Source: a virus
Taxonomy: Duplodnaviria; Caudoviricetes
DNA: 64,000 nt
Reading direction: 5' to 3' (one strand)
IMG/VR virus record: IMGVR_UViG_3300025934_000014
Location: 58,116 to 122,115 of that record
Shown: positions 9,978-20,635 of the stretch, one piece after another
Layout: each line of letters begins with the position of its first letter
Numbering within the stretch: position 1 is the stretch's first letter
Position numbers and translations under genes: made by a program
Notes under the pieces: generated by a model
What the model was told of the DNA's origin: nothing
What the model saw: only the letters and a program-made list of their open reading frames with translations
The model's database searches: none

Positions 9978-12617
9978 ATGTCCCTGCTGTTCCTCGAATC
10001 GTTCGATAGCTACACCGCCGATCCCGGCGGCGGCATCCCGCTGAAGTGGACGCACGGAGCCGGGTGGGTCGCGCCGGAGTACGGGCGGCACGGACAGGGC
10101 ATGCGCGGGACCGCCGGGGTCGTGCTGCCGACCGTCGCGCACAACCGCGTCATCATGGGCACGGCTGTTCGCTCCGCGACCAACGCGTTCAGCGCGACCG
10201 GGTTCGCGTGGATTGCCGACAAGGGATCGAAAATCTTTGAAGTGGTGATGTGGCCGGACGGCACCCTCGCGGCGTGGGCGCTGGGCGGCGGCACGGGCGT
10301 GATTCAGAGCAGCCCCGGCTTGTTGGCCGTGCTGGCGTGGTACTTCATCGAGATACAGGCGGACATCCTCCAGCGCGATGCCGGAGGCGGTCAGGTCTTT
10401 TACGACATCCGCAACGTGCGCATCTGGGTGGACGGGTCGCGCGTGATCGACGTGCCCGGTACGGCGTGCTCGACCAGTGCGCGGAGTCCGCTGGGTGGCG
10501 TGCCCTCGCCGTATGGCTGGAACGAGGCCGGAGTCGGCACCGATACGAACTACGTGTTCGATGACGTGTACGTGCTTGACGGCGTGGACGCGGCTCCGGG
10601 CTGGATCGCTGGCGACCCGCGTCACTTCGACCATCCGACCGGCGACGTGCAGTTGCGCCCGTACTATCCGGCGGCTCCCGGCGACCTCACGCAGTGGACG
10701 CCATTTCCATTCGGCTTCGCTAACTGGCAGACCGTGAGCGAGCATCCGCCCGATGGCGATGCCTCGCGCAACAGCGCAACGGCGCTCAACCTCGCGGACC
10801 TGTTTGCGCTCGATCCGGTGGATACGAACAACGGCCTGATGGCCGTGCAGCAAGTCACGATGGCTCGCCGGAGCGAACAGAACTTCGGCTCGATCCGGTC
10901 GCTGTCGAAGTACAACGGCGCAGTCGTGCAGGGACCGGAGCATATCCTGCCGTCCTCGTATCTCTACTTCCGCGACCTCTATCCGTTTGCGCCGGATGGC
11001 AGCGTCTGGACGGACGAGAAGATCAACGCGTGGCAACTGGGCTACATCAACACGGTGCCCACGAAGCTCCTGAGTCCGCCCGTGAGCCTGACGGTCAATC
11101 AAGTCGCCGGGTCGGCAGGCACGTCGCAGTTGGCGCTCGCGTGGCAGAACGACAACGCCGGTGATGCGATCAATGTCTATCGCTACTCGGTGGCGACCGA
11201 CTGGGTCTTCCTGACGACGCTCCCGGCCGGGACGACAGCGCACACCGACTCCGGGCTGGAGGAGAACACCACCTACACGTACACGCTGCGGCACACGCGC
11301 ATGGGTGCGGAGTCCGGGAACTCGAATTTTGCCGCGAACACCACATTGCAGGGGCTGCGTCCGCCGTTCAACCTGACCGTGAGTCCTGTCGCCGGGCAGA
11401 CCTCACAGTTGCGTCTCGACTGGACGAACGTCAACAACAGCGACCTCCTCGACGTGTACCGAGACGGCGCGTACGTCGGGCAGCTTCCGGCCGGGTACAC
11501 CGCGTGGGTCGATACCGGCCTCGCCATCGGGACGACGTACACCTACTTCCTGCGGCACTGGCGTGATGGCGTGGAGTCCACGAATTCCAACGTCGCGTCG
11601 AACACGACGCTGGGTCCGCCTGCGCCGCCGTTCAACGTCTCGGCGCAGATCGCGTCCGATTCGTCGCTGCTGGCGACATGGGCGAATGCCGATGTGGCGA
11701 CGACCGAGATCGTGGTCAACGGGGCGTACTGGACAACGGTCGGTGAAGGTGTCACGTCGTATCTGATCAGCGGCTTGCAGCGAGCCACTGATTACAGCAT
11801 CCAGTTGCGCCACAGCAAGCTGGGGCTGTACTCCGCCTACTCCGCGCCGGTCGGTGGCCGTCCGCGCGTCGTCGCCAACGGCGGCAACATCCGCGACGAG
11901 GGCGGGTTCCGGTATCACTTCGGGACAGACGACTTCGTCTTCAGCGTGATCGCGGGTGGCGCGATCTCCTATCGCGGCTTCTCGCAGGGCGGCAACGGCG
12001 GTCAAGGCATGCCGACTGGCGGCTTGGACGACGAAGGTGATCCGCACGGCTGGACGGGCGGCGGCGGCGGGGCTGGCGGGAATTACTTCGCCGCGAACGA
12101 CAGCATCGAGCCGGGCGGCAACGGCGTGACGGGCGTGGACTACCCGGTGCAAGTCGGGTCGCCGCGCAACAACGGCTGGACGACGTATCGGAGCGAAGTG
12201 GCTCCGGCGTCGAACTACGGCGGACCCGGCAATCCTCCGCAGCCGGGCGTGGACGATCCGGGCTGGGGCGGCTTCGGTGCGTCGAACAACCACTACCCCG
12301 GTGGCCTTGGTGGACGGCAAGGCCAAGGCAACAGTTGCGGCGGCGGCGGCGGCGCTGGCGCGGGTGGTCCCGGTGAATCCCAGATCGCAGGCCCGGCCTC
12401 GGAGAATCCGGGTGCGCTCGCCAATATCGGCGGCTCCGGTGGCCCCGGCGTGTTCATGCCGATCTTCGGCACGGTCTGCACCGGCGGACGCGGTGGCCGT
12501 GGCCCCGGCAGCGGCCAGAACGCCACGCAGTGGGGCGACGGCGGCGCTGGCGGTGGTGATGGGCAGGGCGGAGGCGTCGGCTTCCAAGGCGGCTTCGTGG
12601 CGTGGTATCCGCTGTGA
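9978..12617 (+). CDS. tail protein with lectin-like N-terminus, three fibronectin type III repeats and Gly-rich C-terminus
   Basis: Repeated P.NL..S...L.W...VYR...DTGL...T.Y.Y.LRH FN3 pattern; GGxGG-rich tail. Confidence 0.75.
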   Translation: MSLLFLESFDSYTADPGGGIPLKWTHGAGWVAPEYGRHGQGMRGTAGVVLPTVAHNRVIMGTAVRSATNAFSATGFAWIADKGSKIFEVVMWPDGTLAAWALGGGTGVIQSSPGLLAVLAWYFIEIQADILQRDAGGGQVFYDIRNVRIWVDGSRVIDVPGTACSTSARSPLGGVPSPYGWNEAGVGTDTNYVFDDVYVLDGVDAAPGWIAGDPRHFDHPTGDVQLRPYYPAAPGDLTQWTPFPFGFANWQTVSEHPPDGDASRNSATALNLADLFALDPVDTNNGLMAVQQVTMARRSEQNFGSIRSLSKYNGAVVQGPEHILPSSYLYFRDLYPFAPDGSVWTDEKINAWQLGYINTVPTKLLSPPVSLTVNQVAGSAGTSQLALAWQNDNAGDAINVYRYSVATDWVFLTTLPAGTTAHTDSGLEENTTYTYTLRHTRMGAESGNSNFAANTTLQGLRPPFNLTVSPVAGQTSQLRLDWTNVNNSDLLDVYRDGAYVGQLPAGYTAWVDTGLAIGTTYTYFLRHWRDGVESTNSNVASNTTLGPPAPPFNVSAQIASDSSLLATWANADVATTEIVVNGAYWTTVGEGVTSYLISGLQRATDYSIQLRHSKLGLYSAYSAPVGGRPRVVANGGNIRDEGGFRYHFGTDDFVFSVIAGGAISYRGFSQGGNGGQGMPTGGLDDEGDPHGWTGGGGGAGGNYFAANDSIEPGGNGVTGVDYPVQVGSPRNNGWTTYRSEVAPASNYGGPGNPPQPGVDDPGWGGFGASNNHYPGGLGGRQGQGNSCGGGGGAGAGGPGESQIAGPASENPGALANIGGSGGPGVFMPIFGTVCTGGRGGRGPGSGQNATQWGDGGAGGGDGQGGGVGFQGGFVAWYPL

Positions 12618-12619
12618 GC

Positions 12620-15253
12620 ATGACGCCTGCACGGATGGGGGTGCTCCGGCTCAATGCCGGACGCCTCAATCTGCTGCAACCGCCCAGCGAGGTACTGGTC
12701 ACACAGACGCTCGCGGAAGTCAGCGTTCAGCTACCCGGCGACCAGCGGGTCACGCAACTCGATGCCGAGGCCATGTTCGGGCAGCGGCCGTTGCCCGAGT
12801 TCGATGTCAGCCTGTCGGCCGGGAATCTGGCGCTGACGTGGGTGGAGTTCACGGATGCAATGGGCAACATGCACCCGTGGAGCACGATGCCGCTGGTGGA
12901 CCCAGCGACCTACCACGGCGGCTATAAGGAGCCGCGCGTCCTCACGTGGCCGACCATCTCGCGCGTGCTCTCAGGGCCGCAGGGTGAGCACACGGGCGTG
13001 CAGTTCGGCATCGAGATGTCCGACACCGACCGTGGCCTGCGAGCGTTGCTGGCGAATCCACAGACGCGCTACTTCCTGAACCGGCCGATGGTCATCCGCA
13101 TGATCGATGACCGCTCGCGGCGGCAGCAGGGACCGCCCCGCACGATCATGCGCGGCCTCGTGGCAGATTACGGGCCGCGTCCGAATCTTGGCTTCACCCT
13201 CGGCGGCGAGGATCTCATCACGCGCCAGTTCATGTCGCCCATCGCGGCGCTGTCGCAAGTGCCGAAGCGACTGGTGACCGCCGCCGACTTCCCGGCGTGC
13301 CCGATAGACAGTCTCGGGAAGCCGGTGCCGATCTGGTACGGGCAGGCGAGTGACGCACAGATCAAGACGCGCACGATTCCCCAGTACTCCAACGTCGTGA
13401 ACATTGGCGCGGACGTGTTCTGGAACGGCGAGATCACGCCGAACCCGCCGGGGTCCGCCACGTACGAATACATCTACACGGTGTGCCCCGGCGATTACCA
13501 AGGCGACAACATCTCGCCGCAAACAGCCGACCCGGCGTACGACAACGACCATCGGTACGAGTTCGCGCGGTCACACATTACGGTGACGGGCGCACCGAGC
13601 GCGACGGAGTACCTCCCCGGCGTGCGCTACGTGCAGTTGTACTGGGCCAATATGTCCGAGGGGGCGCGTGGAGGGTGGTTCCCTCCGCCCTACGACGTGA
13701 ACAACGCACGGCCACGCATTTACGGTCGGACGCCGGGCGGCGTGCCCGGCCTGCTGTCGCACTACTCGCATGAGACGGCGATGAACTACTTCATCGACCA
13801 CATGCAGACGCCAGCGCCGTCAGTGCCGCCACCCTTCACCACCGCGCCGTTACCGGACCTTGAAGTGGTCGAGGATCTCGGCAAGGGCGAAGTGCCGGTG
13901 CTGTTTGTCGGGCCGCGCGATCTCGGGACGCCGGAGGCCGCAGACTGGTGGGACGAGTACCTCGTGTGCGGCCACGCGATCAAGTCCATCGAAGGCTGGT
14001 ACTTCGGCGGGATGCGCGAACTGGATGCCACCGAGGGTGCTGATTACCTGATTCCCGGCAAGCCTGCGTACACCGCGAAGTTCGGCAGTGCCACGTATCG
14101 AGACATCAACGGGCATCGCTACACGCTGGTGTATGCGCGTGGGGACAAGTCTCAACAGATCAAAGAGAACCCCAAGCGGTTCACGCTCAACATCATCGGT
14201 ATCGAAACGGTCGGGGACGGCACCGGCACACCGATTGTCAAGCTGCTGGAGATTTACCTGCACGCGCTCCAGAACTGGATTCTCGGGAACTGGCAGACCG
14301 GCCCGTGGTTGCCGTCGCCGCGCTTCCCCGATAGTGGCCCGTTCGCGCCGCCAGAGGAGGAGTTGTCGCACATTGACGAACCGAGTTTCGCCAAGGCGCA
14401 GACGGTGTCGGAGACGCGGATGCCGGTGTCCGGCACGCACCCGGTCGCTGGCTACATCGGGGCGGGGACCATCGGGGGCGACGGTTCCTTCGTGTCGATC
14501 AGCGATCTGATTCAGTGGTTCAACCAGTCATGCGACGTGGAGTCAGGTTACAACCGCAAGTGCCAGTTCTTTGTGGACATGCTCGATGAAACGCGGTTCG
14601 ATGACGTGCTCCCAGAGATCACGGACTTTGAGCACGTCATCAAGGACAGCTTCGACGTGGTCGAAGACCTGACGGCGCACTTCAATGTGGTGCCATTCCG
14701 CTACGGACGTGACCTGACGTTGACGCAGGATGTGAATCCGCCGACCGATGGTTCGACGCCGGTACAGCAACCGGAATGGACCGAGGAGATCGCGCAGGAC
14801 TTGCCGTCGCAGTCAGCGGCGCAGTACGGGATGGTCCTGACGATGGGACCGCTGGAGTTGCACTTTGTGAAGGACGCCGCTGTCGCGCGAGACATTGCGA
14901 CCCGGCGGTTGCGACGGCATCGCGATCCGCCTCGGAACATCCGGCTGAAGGTGCCGCTGGAAGGGTTCGACTACGAACTGGCCGATCTGAAATGCGTGAC
15001 GACGTTCCAAGGCATTGGCGCGACCGGCTGGGCGAAGGAGCCGTTCCGCATCATGAAGCACGACGCGGACCCGAACGACATCTCGGTCGAGATCGAAGGA
15101 CTCGATCTGTCGTACCTGTTCACGTCGGCGCGACGACGCGCGAACGGTGAACCCGACACGATCACGTTGTTCGACAAGCGTCGTGGCCGTCCCATCGTGG
15201 TGCTGCCCGTGCCCGTGCCGGGTCTGCGGCGCATCGACTTAGAAGACGAGTAG
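12620..15253 (+). CDS. large tail tip/hub protein
   Basis: ~877-aa ORF in tail module; GKPVPIWYG motif typical of tail-tip proteins. Confidence 0.6.
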   Translation: MTPARMGVLRLNAGRLNLLQPPSEVLVTQTLAEVSVQLPGDQRVTQLDAEAMFGQRPLPEFDVSLSAGNLALTWVEFTDAMGNMHPWSTMPLVDPATYHGGYKEPRVLTWPTISRVLSGPQGEHTGVQFGIEMSDTDRGLRALLANPQTRYFLNRPMVIRMIDDRSRRQQGPPRTIMRGLVADYGPRPNLGFTLGGEDLITRQFMSPIAALSQVPKRLVTAADFPACPIDSLGKPVPIWYGQASDAQIKTRTIPQYSNVVNIGADVFWNGEITPNPPGSATYEYIYTVCPGDYQGDNISPQTADPAYDNDHRYEFARSHITVTGAPSATEYLPGVRYVQLYWANMSEGARGGWFPPPYDVNNARPRIYGRTPGGVPGLLSHYSHETAMNYFIDHMQTPAPSVPPPFTTAPLPDLEVVEDLGKGEVPVLFVGPRDLGTPEAADWWDEYLVCGHAIKSIEGWYFGGMRELDATEGADYLIPGKPAYTAKFGSATYRDINGHRYTLVYARGDKSQQIKENPKRFTLNIIGIETVGDGTGTPIVKLLEIYLHALQNWILGNWQTGPWLPSPRFPDSGPFAPPEEELSHIDEPSFAKAQTVSETRMPVSGTHPVAGYIGAGTIGGDGSFVSISDLIQWFNQSCDVESGYNRKCQFFVDMLDETRFDDVLPEITDFEHVIKDSFDVVEDLTAHFNVVPFRYGRDLTLTQDVNPPTDGSTPVQQPEWTEEIAQDLPSQSAAQYGMVLTMGPLELHFVKDAAVARDIATRRLRRHRDPPRNIRLKVPLEGFDYELADLKCVTTFQGIGATGWAKEPFRIMKHDADPNDISVEIEGLDLSYLFTSARRRANGEPDTITLFDKRRGRPIVVLPVPVPGLRRIDLEDE

Positions 15254-15260
15254 GAACCTT

Positions 15261-16793
15261 ATGGCCGACCCGCTTGACCGCACGTGGTACGACACGCTCA
15301 TTGACGACGACGGGTCCGGGAACACCGGCACCGTCTGGAACAAGAGGGAAGTCGATGGGCTGATGGATACCGTGGACCGGGCGCTCGTGCCTGTGGTCGT
15401 CACGGCCGATCCTCGACTGGCAGATGCCCGGACGCCGGTTCCGCACGCGGCCACGCATGCGCCGGGCGGTAGCGACCCGATGCCTGCGCCTGCGCCTGCG
15501 CCGCCGTCGGCGCACCATGTCAGTCACGACACTGGCGGATCCGACGCGCTCCAAGCGGTACGAGCGGAGATTATCAACAGCGGCTATCTCCCCATCGACC
15601 GCATTCAGGACAACAGCCTTGCGCTCGCCAAGCTCCCGGACATCGCCGCGTCGATGTTGCTGGGCCGTCGCGCGCTGGACGCAGGCGACCCGGAGCCAAT
15701 TGCTCTCGGTGCGAACCTCGTGATGAGCGGCCAGACGCTGAGCGCCACGATTCCCGGCGGTGGCACCGGCGCGGTGCCTTACAACTTCAGCACGATCATC
15801 ACGCCGCCGCCGACTTCCGGGCTGGTACGCTTCAACAACGCCGACTACGCGCTGGTCACAAAGGTCTGGATCCACGCGGTCACGAGCGATGCGCACGACA
15901 TCTTCTGGTCGCTGCTGCTCGCACACGCGGGGTCCACCCTACTGGTGCAGAACGCCGTCGATCACACGCGCTACGGCCAGTTCGTGACGACGGGTGAACC
16001 GGTGGACTTCACCACGTACGTCGAGTTCCCGGTCGCGCACGTGAAGCACGGCACCGTGCTCGCGAATAACGAAGCCTCGCTGGTGCTCCTGACGCCGGGC
16101 GCTCCGCAGGCGCAGGCCGCTGGCAGCACGACGCACGTGCAGTTCAACGATGGTGGCGTCTTCGCTGGCGATCCGGGCCTCGCCTTCGACAAGACGGCGA
16201 AGGGGCTGTCGATTGGCGTGACCCCGGCGCTGACGGGGCATCTCCGTCTGCCGAACACCAGCACGATGTCCTTCCGCAACAACGGCAACACCGGTGACAT
16301 CCCGATCTTGCAACTGTGGTCGGATGACCGGACCTACCTCGGGTCAGTATCAGACAAGGGCGTCGTCATCCGGTCGGGTGTTGCCGTGGCCTTCACGGAT
16401 GGGGGCGGGACGATTGGGGCGGCGTTCGACGCTGTAACCAAACTGTTCACGATGACTCGTCCGGCGAACAAGCTGGGCGCGTGGGCGTGGAATGGCACGA
16501 CGGTGGACTTCAACATCGCGTCGGGGGTGGCGTTCGAGGTCGGCGTCGGCAACAACTGGGGACCGATGATTTTCTCCAACCCACCGCCGACTGGCGTCGA
16601 GTACGTGTTCACGCTCTACCTGAACTTCGCGGCGGCTGGCCTCTCGGTGGCCTTCCCGGCGAATGTCACATGGGATGACGACGTGGTGCCGACGATGCCG
16701 GGCGCGGGACGCACGCTGATCCTCGGGTTCTCGACCATCAACGGCGGCGGTCGTTATCGTGGGTACATCGGTGGCCGGAACCACGCGACGTAA
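15261..16793 (+). CDS. tail fiber-like protein
   Basis: DPRLADARTP, HAATHAPGGSDP and AGSTTHVQFNDGG motifs typical of fiber proteins; AGGA RBS. Confidence 0.65.
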   Translation: MADPLDRTWYDTLIDDDGSGNTGTVWNKREVDGLMDTVDRALVPVVVTADPRLADARTPVPHAATHAPGGSDPMPAPAPAPPSAHHVSHDTGGSDALQAVRAEIINSGYLPIDRIQDNSLALAKLPDIAASMLLGRRALDAGDPEPIALGANLVMSGQTLSATIPGGGTGAVPYNFSTIITPPPTSGLVRFNNADYALVTKVWIHAVTSDAHDIFWSLLLAHAGSTLLVQNAVDHTRYGQFVTTGEPVDFTTYVEFPVAHVKHGTVLANNEASLVLLTPGAPQAQAAGSTTHVQFNDGGVFAGDPGLAFDKTAKGLSIGVTPALTGHLRLPNTSTMSFRNNGNTGDIPILQLWSDDRTYLGSVSDKGVVIRSGVAVAFTDGGGTIGAAFDAVTKLFTMTRPANKLGAWAWNGTTVDFNIASGVAFEVGVGNNWGPMIFSNPPPTGVEYVFTLYLNFAAAGLSVAFPANVTWDDDVVPTMPGAGRTLILGFSTINGGGRYRGYIGGRNHAT

Positions 16794-16796
16794 ACC

Positions 16797-18905
16797 ATGT
16801 CGCTGCTGCACCCGCGCTTCTTCATCAAGAACTGGCAGTATCTGCCGCCGACCGGTCTGGGTGCGGCCCAGATCGCGGTGCTGCCTGCTGGTACGTCCTC
16901 GATTCGCCTGACATGGACGAACCGACGGCCGGAGTACTACACCAACATCTGGTTCAGCAACGGGCAGTACATCAACTTCGTGGGTCCGGGCGTTACGACG
17001 TACGACGTGATCGGGCTGGCTCCGAATACCAGCTACAGCTTCTACGTGACCCACAGCGACGGACAGGGTCGCTACCTATCAAAGCCGTCGAACATCGCCT
17101 CGGCGGCAACACAGATTGCTTTCAATCCGCCGACCAGCGTGACGGCGACCCAGCGCGGCGATCTCCCGGCTGGCACGTCCACGATTCGCCTGACGTGGGC
17201 GAACGCGCAGGCGGGTGATCCGATTGAGGTGTTTCGCGACGAAGCCTACGTCGGGCTGCTGGGGCCGGGGACAACGGCGTGGGATGACACCGGCCTCGCG
17301 CCGAGCAGCACGCATTCGTACTTCCTGCGGCACTACCGCTCGACGGCCAGTGGTGCGTACGACACGCCGAACTCCAATCGGACCAGCGCCTCGACGCAGG
17401 AGAAATTCGATGCCCCGTACGGCCTGACGATCAGCAACGTCCTCTCCTATCCGGCTGGTACGTCGCAGTTGGCGCTGAACTGGGGTAATGCTCAAGCTGG
17501 CGATCAGATTCAGATTTACCGCTACCAGAATTCGTGGAATTACCTGACGACGGTTCCGGCGGGGACCACGTCCTACGTGGACAGCGGCCTCGCGCCGGGT
17601 ACGTATTACTACTACTACCTCGTTCACATCAGGAACGGTTACACGTCGGGATTGATTCAGGCTGGACCCGTCTCGACGCACGCACCGATGCCGTCGCCGG
17701 TGAACGCCTTTGTCTCGAATGTCGGCCCGTCCTCGATGAATCTGAACTGGACGAACGGGTCCGGCTCAGACACCGTCCGTGTGTGGATCTCCGTCGCTGG
17801 TGGTGGCTTCACGCCGTACGACTACGGTGCAGGGACGGCGGGACTGGCGTTCACGGGCCTCTCGGCTGGCACCAGCTACACGTTTGCCGTGCGGCATGTC
17901 CGTTACGGCACGGAGTCCACCGATCCGCCCGGTCAGTCGAACTGGGTCGGCACGACGACGCCGTTCCCGGCTCCGGCCGCGCCGTACAACCTGCAAGTCG
18001 GCGTGCCGCACGATCAGGCACTGATCGTGTACTGGGCGAACGGTGACGGCGGGGCGCAGACCGAGGTGTACCTCAATGGTGGCGGTGTTGCGACGGTTGG
18101 ACCGGGCGTCACGCAGTACCAGATTAACGGCCTGACGCGCTGTACGAACTACACGATTCAGTTGCGTGCCCTGAAGAACGGTGTGTACTCCGGCTTCGTC
18201 AGCATCGTCGGGCGACCGCGCATGTACGTTTCCGGCGGCTACGCGCAGAACGACGGGGCGACCGAGTATCACTGGTACTATCAAGGCGAGTTCGACATCA
18301 CGCTGCAAGTCCCCGGACAGATCAACTACTCCGGCTTCGGGGCCGGTGGGTACGGTGGGCAGGGCAGTCCCGATGACGGCGTGTCGAATACAGGTGGCGG
18401 CGGCGGTGGCAGCGGCGGCGCGTTTCTCCAGTACGACAACGTCGAACCGAATGGCACCTACCACGTGGTCACGGGGTGGCTGGGTTACGCGGGTGCGACC
18501 ACCTACCGCGACGACATCGCCTTCAACGGTGGCTGGGGCGAGTGGGGACTCAACGAGCGCGGCGGCAACGGCAGCTATTCTGGCGGCGGCGCGGGGAGCG
18601 CCTATCCGCAGTACGGCGGCGGCGCAGGGTTTCCCGGTGGGCCGAATAACAGTTGCGGTGGCGGTGGCGGTGGTGGCGCACGTGGCGGCGGTGCCAGTTC
18701 GCAAAGCGGTGTCGGTGCGCCGGGCGGCGGCGGCTTCGGGTTGCCGATCTTTGGCAATGTTGGGTTCGGTGGACAAGGTGGCCGTGGTCCGGGGTCCGGG
18801 GCGAATGCGACCTACTGGGGGTCCGCTGGTGCGGGTGGTGGCCCTGATGGCGGCGGCGGCGGCGGGGCGACGAACGGTGGCTTTATGGTGTGGTTCCCGA
18901 TTTAA
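16797..18905 (+). CDS. fibronectin type III repeat protein (about 5 repeats) with Gly-rich C-terminus
   Basis: Repeats PAGTS(S/T/Q)(I/L)xLxW...GLAP; C-terminus paralogous to 9978..12617. Confidence 0.75.
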   Translation: MSLLHPRFFIKNWQYLPPTGLGAAQIAVLPAGTSSIRLTWTNRRPEYYTNIWFSNGQYINFVGPGVTTYDVIGLAPNTSYSFYVTHSDGQGRYLSKPSNIASAATQIAFNPPTSVTATQRGDLPAGTSTIRLTWANAQAGDPIEVFRDEAYVGLLGPGTTAWDDTGLAPSSTHSYFLRHYRSTASGAYDTPNSNRTSASTQEKFDAPYGLTISNVLSYPAGTSQLALNWGNAQAGDQIQIYRYQNSWNYLTTVPAGTTSYVDSGLAPGTYYYYYLVHIRNGYTSGLIQAGPVSTHAPMPSPVNAFVSNVGPSSMNLNWTNGSGSDTVRVWISVAGGGFTPYDYGAGTAGLAFTGLSAGTSYTFAVRHVRYGTESTDPPGQSNWVGTTTPFPAPAAPYNLQVGVPHDQALIVYWANGDGGAQTEVYLNGGGVATVGPGVTQYQINGLTRCTNYTIQLRALKNGVYSGFVSIVGRPRMYVSGGYAQNDGATEYHWYYQGEFDITLQVPGQINYSGFGAGGYGGQGSPDDGVSNTGGGGGGSGGAFLQYDNVEPNGTYHVVTGWLGYAGATTYRDDIAFNGGWGEWGLNERGGNGSYSGGGAGSAYPQYGGGAGFPGGPNNSCGGGGGGGARGGGASSQSGVGAPGGGGFGLPIFGNVGFGGQGGRGPGSGANATYWGSAGAGGGPDGGGGGGATNGGFMVWFPI

Positions 18906-18911
18906 GGAGCG

Positions 18912-19337
18912 ATGACGATGCCGATAGTGATGGCCGGAAAACAGTTCAACGCGTGGGATGTGAAGTCACTGGCTGGCGATCTCGCGGGTCGCTTGCGCGA
19001 AGCCGCGTACGCCTGCGCGGTCCTTCAGGCGCAGTTGAAGTCATGGGCGGATGCGGATCTGGTCGCGCTGGGCCTGAAACAGGACGAGATCAACGCGCTC
19101 AAGGGGTTCTTCATCAGCGACGTGCAGCACGTGCAGGCGGCGCTCGCGGCCTCGCCGTGGCTCAAGGACATCGTCGGCCTCGGCGTCTACGGGTACCCGA
19201 CGACGGTGATGCCGCCGATCACGCCGGTGATGCAGCCGGGACTCCAGATAGTGCCTACGTCGGTGGCGGCGCAGGTACCGCAGGAGCCACCCGTCGAAGC
19301 GCCGTCGCCCTCCGCTGAGGAGCATCGCACGCAGTGA
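18912..19337 (+). CDS. hypothetical protein
   Basis: AAGGAG RBS, in tandem with tail genes. Confidence 0.6.
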   Translation: MTMPIVMAGKQFNAWDVKSLAGDLAGRLREAAYACAVLQAQLKSWADADLVALGLKQDEINALKGFFISDVQHVQAALAASPWLKDIVGLGVYGYPTTVMPPITPVMQPGLQIVPTSVAAQVPQEPPVEAPSPSAEEHRTQ

Positions 19338-19621
19338 CCCTGCGGGAAGCGGTGACGGCTCGCGTGCCGCGTGTGCGCCACGCGCGATGGGCCGACCCGT
19401 TGACGTACTATCGCCTGCCGCTGCTGCCGGGGCTGGTCGCCGGAGACTGGGTCGAGTTATATGACGACCGGCAGCAACTGGCGATGGGTGTGAAGCCGGG
19501 CACGGCGCGGTTGCTGATCAGCGTGGCCGGAATGAACGGTGGCTTTGTGCCCTACTGGGGACCGGTGTCACCATTCGAGCAGGACCGGGCGAACTTCGCC
19601 CGAACGTACATAGACTTCTGA
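19334..19621 (+). CDS. hypothetical protein
   Basis: GTGA overlap with previous stop; GAGGAG RBS. Confidence 0.55.
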   Translation: MTLREAVTARVPRVRHARWADPLTYYRLPLLPGLVAGDWVELYDDRQQLAMGVKPGTARLLISVAGMNGGFVPYWGPVSPFEQDRANFARTYIDF

Positions 19622-19631
19622 AGGACCGACG

Positions 19632-20075
19632 ATGCACACGATGCAGAAGGAAGTGATACCGGGGCTGGCGACCCGCACGTGGACGCTGGTGGGCTACGAC
19701 GTACGGCTGGCGAATTATGGGAGCATGTTCCCGCAGACGCCGCCGTTCCCGCCGGGGGTGCCGCCGCCGCCGGGGATGGACATGCCGCAGATGCAGATCC
19801 GCCTGAAGGTGGAGACGGCGTTCGCGGGGTTCCCGGAGATGACGTTTCTCGACTGGTGGTCGATCTTTGTCATCGGCGCACAGGCCGCACTGCGGATGCA
19901 GGAGATCGCCGGGCCGATTCTCGCGGCGGCGATGGCGCACGTGACGACGCCGGAGGACGCGATCACCGCCTACAAGGTGGCGACGACCAAGGCAGCGTAC
20001 GCCTTCTGTCAGGACGCCCTCGTGCCGCCGTTGCAGCGCATTCCCGACGACGCGGTGTTGACGGGCGAGCCATAA
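19632..20075 (+). CDS. hypothetical protein
   Basis: AAGGA RBS; 147 aa. Confidence 0.55.
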   Translation: MHTMQKEVIPGLATRTWTLVGYDVRLANYGSMFPQTPPFPPGVPPPPGMDMPQMQIRLKVETAFAGFPEMTFLDWWSIFVIGAQAALRMQEIAGPILAAAMAHVTTPEDAITAYKVATTKAAYAFCQDALVPPLQRIPDDAVLTGEP

Positions 20076-20109
20076 TCCATTCGACTGTGTGACGACGGAG
20101 GAGACGACG

Positions 20110-20358
20110 ATGCCCCTGACGACGATGAGTGTGTTGCCCGATCTGGGAGATCGCCGGTTTGGAAGTCTGGCGCTGGGTTACGACAAGATCATGCAGATCA
20201 GGGTGGAGCACAGTGCGCTTGCCGCGCTCGCCGCTGCCGCGTGCGAATGCGAAGTCGAAGACCTGACGATCCTCAAGATCCAGCAAGTCACGGCCGCGCT
20301 CGCGAGCGCAAAGAATGCCGCGACGGACGCCGCTGGTGTTGATGGCTCCACGATGTGA
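20110..20358 (+). CDS. hypothetical protein
   Basis: GGAGGAGACGACG-ATG start signal. Confidence 0.55.
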   Translation: MPLTTMSVLPDLGDRRFGSLALGYDKIMQIRVEHSALAALAAAACECEVEDLTILKIQQVTAALASAKNAATDAAGVDGSTM

Positions 20359-20375
20359 CCAGTAGTTCTCCGGTG

Positions 20376-20404
20376 TAGACATTATCAATCGCCTGTGCCA
20401 CGCT
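20376..20404 (+). promoter_or_regulatory. putative promoter for the pentamer array / RAMP gene unit
   Basis: TAGACA-17 bp-CACGCT immediately before the first array unit; weak -10. Confidence 0.4.
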
Positions 20405-20635
20405 GGCGAGCCGGGGCCGGGTAAGGATAGGCGGGGCACGGTTTGCTTCGGTCTGGTGGGGTTAGGTGAGGCCGGGCATGGCGAGGCATGGCTTGGTTTG
20501 GCGAGGCAGGGCTTGACATGGTGCGGTGAGGCAGGGTTGGGTTGTGTCGGGCACGGTAGGTGTCGGGTCGGGCACGGTTGGGTCCGGCGAGGCATGGTGT
20601 GGCCGGGTTCGGTTCGGCCGGGTAGGGTACGGTTT
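20405..20635 (+). repeat. GGY-NN pentamer array 1 (46 units), candidate guide ncRNA
   Basis: Parses as GGCGA GCCGG GGCCG GGTAA GGATA GGCGG GGCAC GGTTT...: 31 in-register units, a 1-nt slip at 20560, then 15 units. Confidence 0.9.

Noticed and set aside
9138-11294. Long antisense ORFs (718 aa here; also 22474..24093, 28531..30144, 43862..45313, 56772..58451)
   Set aside because: Shadow frames of GC-rich plus-strand genes; Arg/His-rich with no motifs.
18912-20358. Lysis cassette after the tail genes
   Set aside because: No recognisable endolysin catalytic motif or clear holin/spanin pattern.
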